Below are positions 1 through 9,822 of a DNA stretch of 47,252 nucleotides, piece by piece. Location: the sequence record DRR723986_1779, one strand, 5' to 3'. How positions within the stretch are numbered: the stretch's first letter is position 1; every line of letters starts with the position of its first letter. The translations under genes were made by a program, and so were the position numbers. The notes below the pieces were generated by a model. The model searched no databases and had not been told where the DNA came from. It saw nothing but the letters and a program-made list of their open reading frames with translations.

Positions 1-204
1 GAAGCCATGGCGATTGCCGCCATATTCAACGAACGCCGCCTGCAGGGACGGCTCAACCCGCGTTACCTTTGCGAGGTAGATGTTGCCGCGGAGTTGTTCG
101 TTACCGGTTGTTTCGAAGTCGAAGTCGTCGACCTGCCCGTTGTTGACGATCGCCACACGGGTCTCTTCCGGGTGGGCGGCGTCGATCAGCATGAGTTTGC
201 TCAT
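1..204 (-). CDS. rne: Ribonuclease E/G family, N-terminal part (runs off window)
   Basis: Manual translation from ATG at 204: MSKLMLIDAAHPEETRVAIVDNGQVDDFDFETTGNEQLRGNIYLAKVTRVEPSLQAAFVEYGGNRHGF, the RNase E N-terminus. Divergent from amiC. Not in the ORF track. Confidence 0.95.
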   Translation of the reverse strand, partial: MSKLMLIDAAHPEETRVAIVNNGQVDDFDFETTGNEQLRGNIYLAKVTRVEPSLQAAFVEYGGNRHGF

Positions 205-550
205 GTAGAGGAACCTTTTGATCCGGCGCTGCTGTAACGGGCGGTTTTCGCCTCAGGCAGTCTAGCTGGCCGGTCTGAATATTGAGGGAATGGGTGCAGG
301 CACGACCGCCTTCATGCCGACTTTGCGGCATCGAAAAAGCGTAATTAAGGGCGGCACCCTGGTACATTTGCTCTGCTTTCCGGAGCGCGGCGCCCGCTGA
401 CCTGTATTGGGTGAGCCGGGATCGCTGGCGCGTCATAAGGAAACTTGCGTTGTAGCACGGTAATCCGGCTACGACCCGGATAGTGCCCAATTTTCCCGGC
501 CAAGAAAAGAGTCAAATGGTGAATTGGCTGCTGTTCCTCATTAGCTCTGG

Positions 551-565
551 TCAATCGTGGGTTAA
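551..565. promoter_or_regulatory. Candidate CtrA-binding site upstream of amiC
   Basis: TCAA-tcgtggg-TTAA, one mismatch to TTAA-N7-TTAA, 70 bp upstream of a cell-division amidase. Confidence 0.45.
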
Positions 566-635
566 TGTTCGGTTTGTTATGGAGGCAGTTCGATCAGTCA
601 TTTCGTTGTCTTCTGGTGGTAAAAGTCTCAACTGA

Positions 636-1820
636 ATGTTGAAGTTCCGGGTGATTTTTCTGGCGATAGTCGTCTGCTTCGGGGCCTTCCAGGCCACGGC
701 CGAGGTGCGCGATGTCCGTGTCGTGGGCAACGGGTCGCCCACCCGAATCACCATTTGGACGGATACCCCCCAGGATCCGAGAGCCTATATGGTCGAGGGC
801 GCCAGCGGGCGTTACGTCATTCTGCCCCTGCACGGGGCTGCTTCAGAGCAGTCTGGCAAAGGCATGGGCGGCGTGCCGGCGTGGACGGTGTCAGGGTCGG
901 AGCTGCGCTTCAGCCTCGACCGGCCGCTGATGGTGACTCGCGTCCTGACCCTGCCGCCCACCGGAACGGCGACCGACCACCGGGTGATCATCGATCTCGA
1001 CACAGTTTCGGAGGCCCGCTTCGCCAGCGTGGCCCGGCGTGACATGCGCCAGCTGGCAAAAGCCCTGACTGCCCTCAATGAGGCAGGCCAGCGCAGGGAA
1101 GTCGCGGCGCTGCGGCCAGGGATGGGTCAGAAGAAATATGTGATCGTTGTCGACGCCGGACATGGCGGGAAAGACCCGGGCGCACTGGCTGTGACCGGCA
1201 AGAAGGAAAAAGACATTACGCTGGCGGCGGCGCTGCAGCTGAAAGAGCTGCTGGAGGCAGATCCGCGGTACGAAGTCCGCCTGACACGCGAAACCGATAC
1301 TTTCATCGAACTGGAAGACCGGGTGACGCTGGCCCGGAACTGGGGTGCGAACCTGTTCATCTCGCTCCATGCCGATGCGGCGGGCCGGGATAGCGTCTCC
1401 GGGGCGTCGGTCTATACGATTTCGGCACGCGGCGAATCCCGGATCGACAAGGAAGCCAGCAAGAATGACTGGGAGATCCCGCTTGAGGACGGCACAGCGC
1501 AGTCGATTACCGGCATCCTGAAGGACCTGGTGAAGCGCGAGACCAAGACCCATTCCGCCGAATTCGCCGAACTGCTGCTGCCAGAGCTTCAGCAGGCCGG
1601 GCCTGTGCTGCGCGATACCCACAAGAATGCCGGGTTTTACGTGCTGCTGGCGCCGGATGTGCCTGCGGTCCTGTTGGAGCTTGGCTTCCTGACCAACCGG
1701 GACGATGCCAACCGGCTGCAGTCCCGTTCCGGACGTCAGAAATCTATGAATGCCGTCAAGCGCGGCATCGACCGCTTCTTCATTCAGCAGGAAAAGCTGC
1801 TGGCAGACCGTTCCGGCTGA
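636..1820 (+). CDS. amiC: N-acetylmuramoyl-L-alanine amidase (Amidase_3) with AMIN-like N-terminus
   Basis: Signal peptide; motifs DAGHGGKDPGA, EKDITL, FISLHAD, LLELGFLTN. Confidence 0.92.
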   Translation: MLKFRVIFLAIVVCFGAFQATAEVRDVRVVGNGSPTRITIWTDTPQDPRAYMVEGASGRYVILPLHGAASEQSGKGMGGVPAWTVSGSELRFSLDRPLMVTRVLTLPPTGTATDHRVIIDLDTVSEARFASVARRDMRQLAKALTALNEAGQRREVAALRPGMGQKKYVIVVDAGHGGKDPGALAVTGKKEKDITLAAALQLKELLEADPRYEVRLTRETDTFIELEDRVTLARNWGANLFISLHADAAGRDSVSGASVYTISARGESRIDKEASKNDWEIPLEDGTAQSITGILKDLVKRETKTHSAEFAELLLPELQQAGPVLRDTHKNAGFYVLLAPDVPAVLLELGFLTNRDDANRLQSRSGRQKSMNAVKRGIDRFFIQQEKLLADRSG

Positions 1821-1870
1821 TCCTACGGGGAAATTCGCTTGCCGGGCCGGAAACGAACTGAGACACTTTC

Positions 1871-3625
1871 ATGATGAGACGAACCGGGGCCGTTTCCGCA
1901 TTTCTGCTGTCGCTGAGCTGCGCGGCGTGCGCTTCCTATCCAGGGTTCGGTCCGCACGGTTTTTCCATCGACTCCCCTTATGCGCCCCCCGCCGATGCGG
2001 CCGCGCTGGGAGACTTTCTGGTCGCCCGCTACGCTGCGATGACCAACGATCCGCGGGAAGCGGCCACCCGTTATGCGGCGTCCATCGACACGGCGCCGGA
2101 ATCTACCGGCATCGCCGAGCGCGCCGTATTTTCTGCGCTTCTGTCCGGGGACTACCAGCAGGCCGTACGCCTCGCGGACAAGGCGCATGGCGCAGGCAAT
2201 TTCGGAACGCTGGTGCGCCTGACGCTTGGCATCGAAGCCTTTTCCGAGGGCAAGGAGTCCATCTCCGCCGCTTACCTCGCCGAAGACGGGTTCGGGCCAT
2301 TCAACCGGACGGTCGCCCGCGGTATCTCGGCATGGCGCATCCTCGGAACGGATGGGGCGGACGCGGCTGAGGCCTATCTGCAGGACACCCTTACCGGTGA
2401 TCCACGCCTCGACAGCGCAACGCTCTACATGATGGGCCTTATCCAGCTGTCGGCGCACAGCGATGCTGACGCACTGGCAACGTTTGAGACGCTTTGGGAG
2501 TCTGGCGCGCGCCTGGCCATCGGCCTCGATGCGCATGCCAGGCTGCTGGTGGCAGAGGGTGACCGGGCCCGTGCGCTGAGCCTGCTGAACACTTTCCACG
2601 ACGAGATTGGTGAGAATTCGGCCTTGGAAAGCCTTCGCAAGGATATCCAGGCAGGACGGGACATACACGTCACGCGCCTGACGCCTCGGCAAGGCGCAGC
2701 GCTGGCCGTCTATGTGCCCGCTGCGGCGCTGATCACGCGGACGGACGACGACGTCGCCTCTGTCTATTTCGTGCTGGCCCTGGCGCTCGATCCGGACCTG
2801 CATGAAGCGCGGACCCTCTGGGCCCAGTCGCTGGAAAAGGCCGGGCGAGAGCCGGAGGCGATCGGTGTACTCGCGGACATTCCCGAAACATCTCCCTACT
2901 ACTCCCCGGCACGTGGACAGATCGCATGGGCGCTCCTGCGGCTTGGCCGGGAGGACGAAGCCGTGCAGGTCGCCCGTCAGGCGCTGGCACAGGCGCCGGA
3001 CCGTGGGCTGCAGGTGCAGCTGGCCGAGATCTACCGCGCCCAGACGCGGTACCGGGAGGCAGATCGCTTGCTGACGCAGATCATCGAGGACGATGCCCTG
3101 AAAGGGCGCGAGGATTGGCGGCTCCTGTTCTCTCGCGGTGCGACCCGCCATGCGCTGGATGACTGGGAGGGTGCAGAGGCGGATCTGAAGCAGGCACTAC
3201 AGCTTCAGCCGCACAGCCCTCTGGTTCTGAACTATCTCGGCTATGCCTATGTGGATCAGGGAATCCATCTGGAGGAGGGGCTGAACCTGATCCGGACGGC
3301 ACTGACCTATGACCCGGATTCCGGCTTTATCACTGACAGCCTCGGCTGGGCCTACTACCGGCTCGGCCGGTATGAGCTGGCAGTATACTTCCTTGAAAAG
3401 GCAGTGGAATTGGAGCCGGGCGACCCGACCCTGAACGACCATCTGGGCGACGCCTACTGGCGTAGCGACCGGAAGCTGGAGGCGAAATTCCAGTGGGAGC
3501 GGTCGCTGAAGCTGGAGCCGGCCGAACAGGCGCGGGCGCGCATCGAGGTGAAGCTGCTGAAGGGGCCGGACGCGCCTGCCGTCGTGCAGGCCGAGTCTGA
3601 GCAGCCCCTGCCGCACCGGCCTTAA
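1871..3625 (+). CDS. Tetratricopeptide-repeat lipoprotein
   Basis: Lipobox-like AAC; C-terminal TPRs (VLNYLGYAY, DSLGWAYYRLG, DHLGDAYW); usual neighbour of ispE. Confidence 0.9.
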   Translation: MMRRTGAVSAFLLSLSCAACASYPGFGPHGFSIDSPYAPPADAAALGDFLVARYAAMTNDPREAATRYAASIDTAPESTGIAERAVFSALLSGDYQQAVRLADKAHGAGNFGTLVRLTLGIEAFSEGKESISAAYLAEDGFGPFNRTVARGISAWRILGTDGADAAEAYLQDTLTGDPRLDSATLYMMGLIQLSAHSDADALATFETLWESGARLAIGLDAHARLLVAEGDRARALSLLNTFHDEIGENSALESLRKDIQAGRDIHVTRLTPRQGAALAVYVPAAALITRTDDDVASVYFVLALALDPDLHEARTLWAQSLEKAGREPEAIGVLADIPETSPYYSPARGQIAWALLRLGREDEAVQVARQALAQAPDRGLQVQLAEIYRAQTRYREADRLLTQIIEDDALKGREDWRLLFSRGATRHALDDWEGAEADLKQALQLQPHSPLVLNYLGYAYVDQGIHLEEGLNLIRTALTYDPDSGFITDSLGWAYYRLGRYELAVYFLEKAVELEPGDPTLNDHLGDAYWRSDRKLEAKFQWERSLKLEPAEQARARIEVKLLKGPDAPAVVQAESEQPLPHRP

Positions 3626-3630
3626 GACCA

Positions 3631-4524
3631 ATGAAATCAGACGATTACAGCGCGCTGGCCCCGGCCAAGGTTAACCTGTTCCTGCATGTCGGGCCGGTAC
3701 AGGCGAACGGCCGCCACCCGCTCGACTCGCTCGTCATGTTCGCGGGCGAGGCGGCGGCAGACCGGCTTTCCGTCATGATCAGCGACGACTTGTCCATGAC
3801 TATAACCGGACCAGGTATGACCAATCCGGACCATATCGGACCAGTGGATAACAATCTCGTGCTTCGCGCGGCGCGCGCTCTGAAAGCCGAAACGGGCACC
3901 TCCAGGGGCGCCACCTTCTCCCTGGAGAAACATCTCCCCATCGCTGCCGGCATCGGGGGCGGTTCTGCCGACGCCGCCGCAGCGCTTCGCCTGCTGACAG
4001 ACCTCTGGGGCACGGATCCTGCCGCCGCCCGTAGGATCGCCCCGGCGCTTGGCGGCGATGTCCCAGTCGCGCTGGAGGGACATGCCGCCCTGATGCAGGG
4101 CGAGGGCGAACGCTTACGCCGCGCCGCGGGCCTGCCGCGCTTGCCGGCGCTTCTGGCCAATCCGAACTTTGCCTGCCCGACGGGGCCCGTCTTCCGTGCC
4201 TATGACGAGGCGGGCGGCGGCACAGGTTTCCGCGAGTTCGGCGCCATTCCACCGTTCGAGCGCGTCCGCGATCTCGTCCACTGGCTGGGCAAGCAGCGTA
4301 ACGACCTTGAGGTCCCGGCCATCGCCGCCGTGCCGGAGATCGCGGGCGTGCTGAACACACTGGCCGCCTTGCCAGACGCGCTGATGACCCGCATGAGCGG
4401 TTCGGGGGCGACCTGTTTTGCCCTGTTCGAAACCGACGATGCCGCCCGCCGGGCCGAAGCGCAGCTCAGCGCCGACCGGCCGGACTGGTGGATCCGGGCA
4501 ACCACGCTGGGAGATGCCGTGTGA
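3631..4524 (+). CDS. ispE: 4-diphosphocytidyl-2C-methyl-D-erythritol kinase
   Basis: APAKVNLFLHV, PIAAGIGGGSADAA, MSGSGATCF GHMP-kinase motifs. Confidence 0.96.
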   Translation: MKSDDYSALAPAKVNLFLHVGPVQANGRHPLDSLVMFAGEAAADRLSVMISDDLSMTITGPGMTNPDHIGPVDNNLVLRAARALKAETGTSRGATFSLEKHLPIAAGIGGGSADAAAALRLLTDLWGTDPAAARRIAPALGGDVPVALEGHAALMQGEGERLRRAAGLPRLPALLANPNFACPTGPVFRAYDEAGGGTGFREFGAIPPFERVRDLVHWLGKQRNDLEVPAIAAVPEIAGVLNTLAALPDALMTRMSGSGATCFALFETDDAARRAEAQLSADRPDWWIRATTLGDAV

Positions 4525-5549
4525 GCTGGGAAGCGATGACTTTCATCCGCCTGATGGGGCCGGTCCTGTTATCGGCGGCACTGTGCGGCATGATGTTCCT
4601 TGTGCGGATTGACGACGCGCCGGATGGCGGCCGCAAGGTGCAGGCCGCACCGGTGCCAAGCTCCGGCGGGGTGGCCATCCTGATCACGCTGGCCGTGTCG
4701 GCCTGGCTGGCGGGCGAGGCGGGGCTGATGTCCCAAAACTGGATCCGCAACGGTACGCAGACCGTTCTGGCTGTGACGCTCGTCGCCGGGGCCATCGGCT
4801 TCGTAGACGACAAATGGGGCATGAGCGCCTGGCTGAAACTGGTGCTGACCGCCACGCTGGCCATCAGCTTCGCTGTGCTGGACCCGGGCCTGCGCCTCGC
4901 CAGCCTGCCATTGCCGCTGGTCATGGCGGGCGTCGCCTTCTGGCTGCTGGTTACCATGAATGGTGTGAACTTCATGGACGGGTCCAACGGCCTCGCCATG
5001 GGCTCTTCCGCGATCATGCTGCTCGGCGCGGCAGGCGTGTTCTGGCGGGTGGATCCGGCGGTGCCGTCACCGGCGCCGGATCTTGCTTTTCTGTGCGTAA
5101 CGGCCGCGCTCGCCATTCTGGGTTTCCTTGCGTGGAACCTGCCGGGCAGGCTCTATGCCGGGGATTCCGGCGCCTTCGGCATCGGTGCCTTCTTCGGCGG
5201 CGTCGGCATCATCGTCGGCGTTGTCTCGACCATCTGGACCGCTGCGATCCTGTTCCTGCCTTTCCTGGTGGATGTGGTGCTGACCGTCCTGTGGCGGGCG
5301 AAGAAAGGCGAGTCCGTCATGACCGCCCACCGCGACCATGCCTACCAGCTCTTCCTGCGCAGCGGCTGGAAACACATCCCCGTCGCCGTGCTCTGGTGGG
5401 TCTTCAGCTGGGCCTGCGCGCTGGCCGCGATGAACGTACCGGATGGGCTTGCGATGGTGGCCTTCTTTGGGCTGACGATTGCGGGGAGTGGCCTCTGGTT
5501 CCTCCAGCGCCTCACGCTGGGCAGGAGGCTCGCGGCAGAAGGGTATTAA
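4521..5549 (+). CDS. Glycosyltransferase family 4 (MraY/WecA-like phosphotransferase)
   Basis: Multi-TM protein with GFVDD, NGVNFMDGSNGLA, YAGDSGA, AHRDHAYQ; GTG start overlaps the ispE stop (GTGA). Confidence 0.88.
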   Translation: MSWEAMTFIRLMGPVLLSAALCGMMFLVRIDDAPDGGRKVQAAPVPSSGGVAILITLAVSAWLAGEAGLMSQNWIRNGTQTVLAVTLVAGAIGFVDDKWGMSAWLKLVLTATLAISFAVLDPGLRLASLPLPLVMAGVAFWLLVTMNGVNFMDGSNGLAMGSSAIMLLGAAGVFWRVDPAVPSPAPDLAFLCVTAALAILGFLAWNLPGRLYAGDSGAFGIGAFFGGVGIIVGVVSTIWTAAILFLPFLVDVVLTVLWRAKKGESVMTAHRDHAYQLFLRSGWKHIPVAVLWWVFSWACALAAMNVPDGLAMVAFFGLTIAGSGLWFLQRLTLGRRLAAEGY

Positions 5550-6319
5550 GCACCTGCGCCTTGAAAATCAGATCAATAAAGAGCCGTCGTAAATGGCCAT
5601 TATTCGCCGAAGGCAGCCGATCATTTAGCTCAGTCGGCAGCGCATAAACCGCCAGTCACGGTGTAGCGCTTCAGGCACCTCTGCCTCTGCATACGGCGGG
5701 ATATCTGCAAACCCCGCCGCCTCGTAAAGGCGATGAGCGGAAGTCATGAAGGGACCAGTGTCCAACACCAGTTCTTGATAGCCAAAGCTCTGCGCGTCGC
5801 TTACGAGCCGATCCAAGATCTTTGCGCCTATTCCCCCGCCGCGGCTCGCTCGGGAGACATAGATGCGTTTGATCTCGCCAACGCCGTCTCGTATGCGGCG
5901 GAGCCCGCCCATTCCAAGCGCTGCCTCCCCATTGAAGACGACATAGACGACGCCGTTTGGCGGCGTTCCCTCACACAGCTTGTCTAACGAGCTGTGGACA
6001 TAATCAGGGATAGGCATTCCCAAGAGACTTGGCAGCGAGAGCCCGAACCGTTCTTGCACCGAATCATCGGCCCAGCAGAGATACTCAATATTGAAATTTG
6101 TGAGCAATTCGCGGTGCTGTTCGAGATCGGCTCGAACGAAGTCTAAGTCCATCTGCAGCCCCATCCTGAACGCGCAACCTATTGAGTTGGGACAAGGATG
6201 CCTTGAAGGAAGTGAGAAGGCAACGGCACTATTGGGCCAATGAACGACATTCCATGGCTTATGCTTCAATCCATCTCATCTTACCAATCCTCGAAACAAA
6301 TCTACCCACCTGCCGCGAG
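5529..6319. repeat. Degenerate inverted repeats (arms about 5529-5621 and 6222-6319) flanking the GNAT gene
   Basis: CTCGCGGCAGAAGGGTA (5529-5545) vs reverse complement of 6303-6319, CTCGCGGCAGGTGGGTA: 15/17. Inner 30-mers 5592-5621 vs rc 6222-6251 match 19/30. Confidence 0.45.
5625..6152 (-). CDS. GNAT-family N-acetyltransferase
   Basis: GEIKRIYVSRASRGGGIG acetyl-CoA motif and AHRLYEAAGF. Start at ATG 6152 or 6164; visibly lower GC than the flanks. Confidence 0.88.
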   Translation of the reverse strand: MDLDFVRADLEQHRELLTNFNIEYLCWADDSVQERFGLSLPSLLGMPIPDYVHSSLDKLCEGTPPNGVVYVVFNGEAALGMGGLRRIRDGVGEIKRIYVSRASRGGGIGAKILDRLVSDAQSFGYQELVLDTGPFMTSAHRLYEAAGFADIPPYAEAEVPEALHRDWRFMRCRLS

Positions 6320-6402
6320 GTGAGACTTTGCGGTCCGTTGCCCGCTGAGCTGAAGCCGCGCAAAGTGGTTTCAGAGATCAAAGGCAACAGAGGAAACGGG
6401 CC

Positions 6403-7650
6403 ATGACCGAGCTGAATACCGAGCTTTTCGACCTGACCATGTCGGAAAAAGCGAAGCCGCTTTTCGAGCGGGTGAAGAAGCACCTCGAAGAGAATGTCGC
6501 GCCCTGGCAGGAGGAGTTCGAGGCGCTGAACAAGGAGAAGACGGATCGCTGGACGTGGCACCCGCGGCAGCTGGAGCTGCTGGAAGCGGCCAAGACCAAG
6601 GCGCGCGAGGCGGGCCTGTGGAACTTCTTCCTGCCGGACGCCGAGACGGGCGAGGGGCTCAGCAATCTCGACTATGCCTATATCGCGGCGGAGCTCGGCA
6701 AGTATCCGCAGGGCTCCGAAACGCTGAACTGTTCGGCGCCGGATACGGGCAATATGGAAGTGCTGGAGCGCGTCGGCACGCCGGCGCAGAAGGAGAAGTG
6801 GCTGGAGCCGCTGCTGAGAGGTGAGATCCGCTCCGCGTATGCCATGACCGAACCGAATGTCGCCTCATCGGATGCCAAGAACATCTCCACCACCGCTGTC
6901 TTGGATGGCGATGAATGGGTCATCAATGGCGAGAAATTCTACATCTCCGGGGCTGGCGATCCGCGCTGCAAGATCATGATCGTGATGGTCAAGACAGACC
7001 CGAATGCTCCGCCGTCGAAGCAGCAGTCCCAGATCCTCGTGCCGATGGACACACCCGGCGTGGAAATCCTGGGCGCCATGGAAGTGATGGGCGAGGATCA
7101 CGCCCCGCGCGGGCATATGCACCTCCGGTTCGACAATGTCCGTGTACCAAAGGACAATGTGTTGCTGGGCGTCGGGCGCGGCTTTGAGATTTCACAGGTA
7201 CGCCTCGGGCCGGGCCGGATTCACCATTGCATGCGCTCCATCGGCAAGGCCGAGATTGCGCTGGAACTGATGATCAAGCGCGCTGGCACGCGCGAAGCCT
7301 TCGGCAAGCCGATCGCCAAACTCGGCAAGAACCTCGAAGTGATCTCGCGCGCGCGGATCGAGATCAACGCCATGCGGCTCGCCGTGCTGCAGGCGGCGAA
7401 AGCGATGGACGTGCTCGGCAACAAGGAAGCGCGCGTCTATGTCAGCGCCGTGAAGGCGATGGTGCCGGAGAAAGTCTGCCTGATCATCGACCAGGCCATG
7501 CAGATGCATGGCGCGGCGGGCATGTCGCAATGGTTCCCGCTGGCTGGCATGTATGCCGACATGCGCCATTTGCGCTATGCCGACGGGCCGGACGAGGTGC
7601 ACCACATGGTGGTCGGCCGCGCCGAAGTGCAGAAGCACGGTCTCTGGTAA
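6403..7650 (+). CDS. Acyl-CoA dehydrogenase
   Basis: SAPDTGNMEVL, AYAMTEP, GPGRIHHCMR, RYADGPDEVH motifs. Confidence 0.95.
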   Translation: MTELNTELFDLTMSEKAKPLFERVKKHLEENVAPWQEEFEALNKEKTDRWTWHPRQLELLEAAKTKAREAGLWNFFLPDAETGEGLSNLDYAYIAAELGKYPQGSETLNCSAPDTGNMEVLERVGTPAQKEKWLEPLLRGEIRSAYAMTEPNVASSDAKNISTTAVLDGDEWVINGEKFYISGAGDPRCKIMIVMVKTDPNAPPSKQQSQILVPMDTPGVEILGAMEVMGEDHAPRGHMHLRFDNVRVPKDNVLLGVGRGFEISQVRLGPGRIHHCMRSIGKAEIALELMIKRAGTREAFGKPIAKLGKNLEVISRARIEINAMRLAVLQAAKAMDVLGNKEARVYVSAVKAMVPEKVCLIIDQAMQMHGAAGMSQWFPLAGMYADMRHLRYADGPDEVHHMVVGRAEVQKHGLW

Positions 7651-7686
7651 GGGCTGCGATTTCCGGTATCGGAGGCGGGCGGTACC

Positions 7687-8370
7687 TTAGTGGAACCGTT
7701 CGTCCTTCGATGTTGGGCTTACCTCGGCCCGGGTGGCTTCGCCGTCCGGGCCGATGATCCAGCCGGGATAAACCTCGGCGAATGTCCGGAACATGTCCGT
7801 CAACGGAAGGTCCAGATGGGACCCGCGCTCACGGACATATTCCATGTGTCGCCGGCCGGACTGGTCGAAGGGGTGCATCAGGGCGCCATCGACCGGATCG
7901 AATTCCAGCGTCTTGACGCCGAACCGGTCGCAGAGCTCCTTGTTGAAGGCGGTCGACAGCTTGACCCAGCGGCCGTTCAGCCAAAGCTCGCTATAGCCAT
8001 GCCAGGCGAAAAGGTCGGTGCCCATCGTCTCGGTCAGTTTCTCGCTGGTCAGGTGATTGCGCACGTCGGCAAAGCCGAGGCGGGCCGGGATGCCCGAAGC
8101 ACGGGCCAGCGCCGTCAGGACGATGGATTTCGGCACGCACCAGGTCGCCGTTTCGTTGAGGATATTGCTTGCCTTGAACGCCTCGCGCTCGGTGGCGAGA
8201 TTGTAGGGGTCATAGCGGAAGCCATCGCGGACAGCGTAAAACAGGCGCTCGGCAATCTGCACGTCATCCTTGGCGCCTTCGGCGAGCGCGCGGGCTCTCG
8301 CGGTGATCGCTGGGTCATCGCTGTCGACGAAGTAAGTTGCCTTCAGCGCGTCTTCCTGTTCCGACATCAT
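7687..8370 (-). CDS. Transglutaminase-like (Cys protease superfamily) protein
   Basis: FYAVRDGFRYDPY, WCVPKSIVLTALARASGIPARL, HGYSELWLNGRW. Confidence 0.88.
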   Translation of the reverse strand: MMSEQEDALKATYFVDSDDPAITARARALAEGAKDDVQIAERLFYAVRDGFRYDPYNLATEREAFKASNILNETATWCVPKSIVLTALARASGIPARLGFADVRNHLTSEKLTETMGTDLFAWHGYSELWLNGRWVKLSTAFNKELCDRFGVKTLEFDPVDGALMHPFDQSGRRHMEYVRERGSHLDLPLTDMFRTFAEVYPGWIIGPDGEATRAEVSPTSKDERFH

Positions 8371-8460
8371 CCTCGCTCCGATCCGTCATGGCTGGTTTCG
8401 AAGCAGATGGTAGCGAAGCGGGGGCTCGCGTAAATTATGTCCTCGCGTCACCCTTGCGGG

Positions 8461-9615
8461 TCACTCCGCGCCGGTGATTTCCTTTACCTTGTCCAGCGGC
8501 AGGGCCTCGACGCGGCGGGGCGACTGGGTGGAGACGTCGAACCCATCGACGGTTTTGGCCATGAAGAGGGAGTTGTAGATCGCTTCCTCGGTCGCTTCGA
8601 TTGTCGCCTGGAACAGAGGGGACATGTTGTCGTTCTCTGTCTTCGCGGCAGCCGGATCTGTCTGGCGATAGGTCGAGAAGGCGATGACATAGTCGCCGGA
8701 CCCGTTGGTCATGGAGGCGCCAGTCCTTGCAAGACCTGCGATGGCGCGCTTTGACAGGCGTTCCAGGTTGCGGGACGAGAGCGGGGCATCCGTCGCGATG
8801 ACGATCATTATCGACCCGTCGGCCTTGTCGGAAGCAATTTCGTCCTTCAGGTAATACTGACCGAGTCGCTCCCCGACCGGTGCGCCGTCCACCTGCAGGA
8901 TGCCGCCGAAATTGCTCTGCACAATGACGCCGATGGTATAGCCGCCAAGGTTCTCCGGCAGCTGCCGGGAGCTGGACCCGATGCCGCCTTTCCAGCCGAA
9001 CGCGATGGTTCCGGTTCCGGCACCGACCGCGCCTTCCTCGACCGGGCCGGTCGAGGCGGATGTGATGGCCTGCCGGATCAGGTCCGGTGTGAGGATACGC
9101 TTGCGGATATTGTTCAGCCCACTGTCATTGGTTTCCCCGACAACCGCATTCACCGAGCGCACGCGCTCATTTCCGGGTTGGCTCAGCGTCCAGTCGATAA
9201 CGGCTGACATGGCCCGGTCGACGGAGAGTGTATTCGTCAGCACGATCGGCGTTTCGATCTCACCCAGTTCGGCAATCTGGGAGATGCCAGCCAGCTTGCC
9301 ATATCCGTTACCGACGAAGACGGCAGCAGGGACGGGGCTTTGATACAGATTGCCGTCATGCGGCAGGATGGCCGTCGCACCGGTGCGGATGTCATCGCCT
9401 TCGATCAGGGTAACGTGGCCGACGCGCACGCCGGCGACATCGGTGATGTCATTCTTCTCGCCGGTCGGCAGGACGCCGGGCGCGATGCCGAGTTCCCGCG
9501 CGCGGACGCGGTCCGTATCTGGTTCTGCCTGCATGGGCGAACAGGTCCCCTGGACTATGAGAAGCAGGATCAGGGCCGACAGCGGTTTTACGCCTGTTGC
9601 AAATTTCACCTGCAT
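8461..9615 (-). CDS. DmpA/P1-family aminopeptidase, probably exported
   Basis: RARELGI, NDITDVAGVRVGH, VVGETND, WKGGIGSSSR, autoprocessing G|SIMIVIATDAPL; hydrophobic N-terminus. Confidence 0.92.
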   Translation of the reverse strand: MQVKFATGVKPLSALILLLIVQGTCSPMQAEPDTDRVRARELGIAPGVLPTGEKNDITDVAGVRVGHVTLIEGDDIRTGATAILPHDGNLYQSPVPAAVFVGNGYGKLAGISQIAELGEIETPIVLTNTLSVDRAMSAVIDWTLSQPGNERVRSVNAVVGETNDSGLNNIRKRILTPDLIRQAITSASTGPVEEGAVGAGTGTIAFGWKGGIGSSSRQLPENLGGYTIGVIVQSNFGGILQVDGAPVGERLGQYYLKDEIASDKADGSIMIVIATDAPLSSRNLERLSKRAIAGLARTGASMTNGSGDYVIAFSTYRQTDPAAAKTENDNMSPLFQATIEATEEAIYNSLFMAKTVDGFDVSTQSPRRVEALPLDKVKEITGAE

Positions 9616-9753
9616 CTCCGTTGTTTCATGGCCGCCAGTCTGGCGCCGGGGCCGCCTGTTGCAGGCGGCCAGTGAAACCTCAGAGTATCGGGCGTGCGTC
9701 CGGTTCGTCCAGTGCCGGACGGTTGCTGCAAACTGTAGCAGTAGCGGGATTTC

Positions 9754-9822
9754 GTAAGCGCGGCGGACGCAGAAGTCCGCAAGGTCTTTCGGGGCGTCGT
9801 GTCAGGACGAGTCCGGCAGCTG
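9754..9822 (-). pseudogene. Decayed duplicate of the ispB 3' end (direct repeat of 11111-11179)
   Basis: Ungapped 59/69 nt identity to 11111-11179. Translates QLPDSS*HDAPKDLADFCVRRAY vs IspB QLPDSPYRDALIDLADFCVSRAY. Confidence 0.9.
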
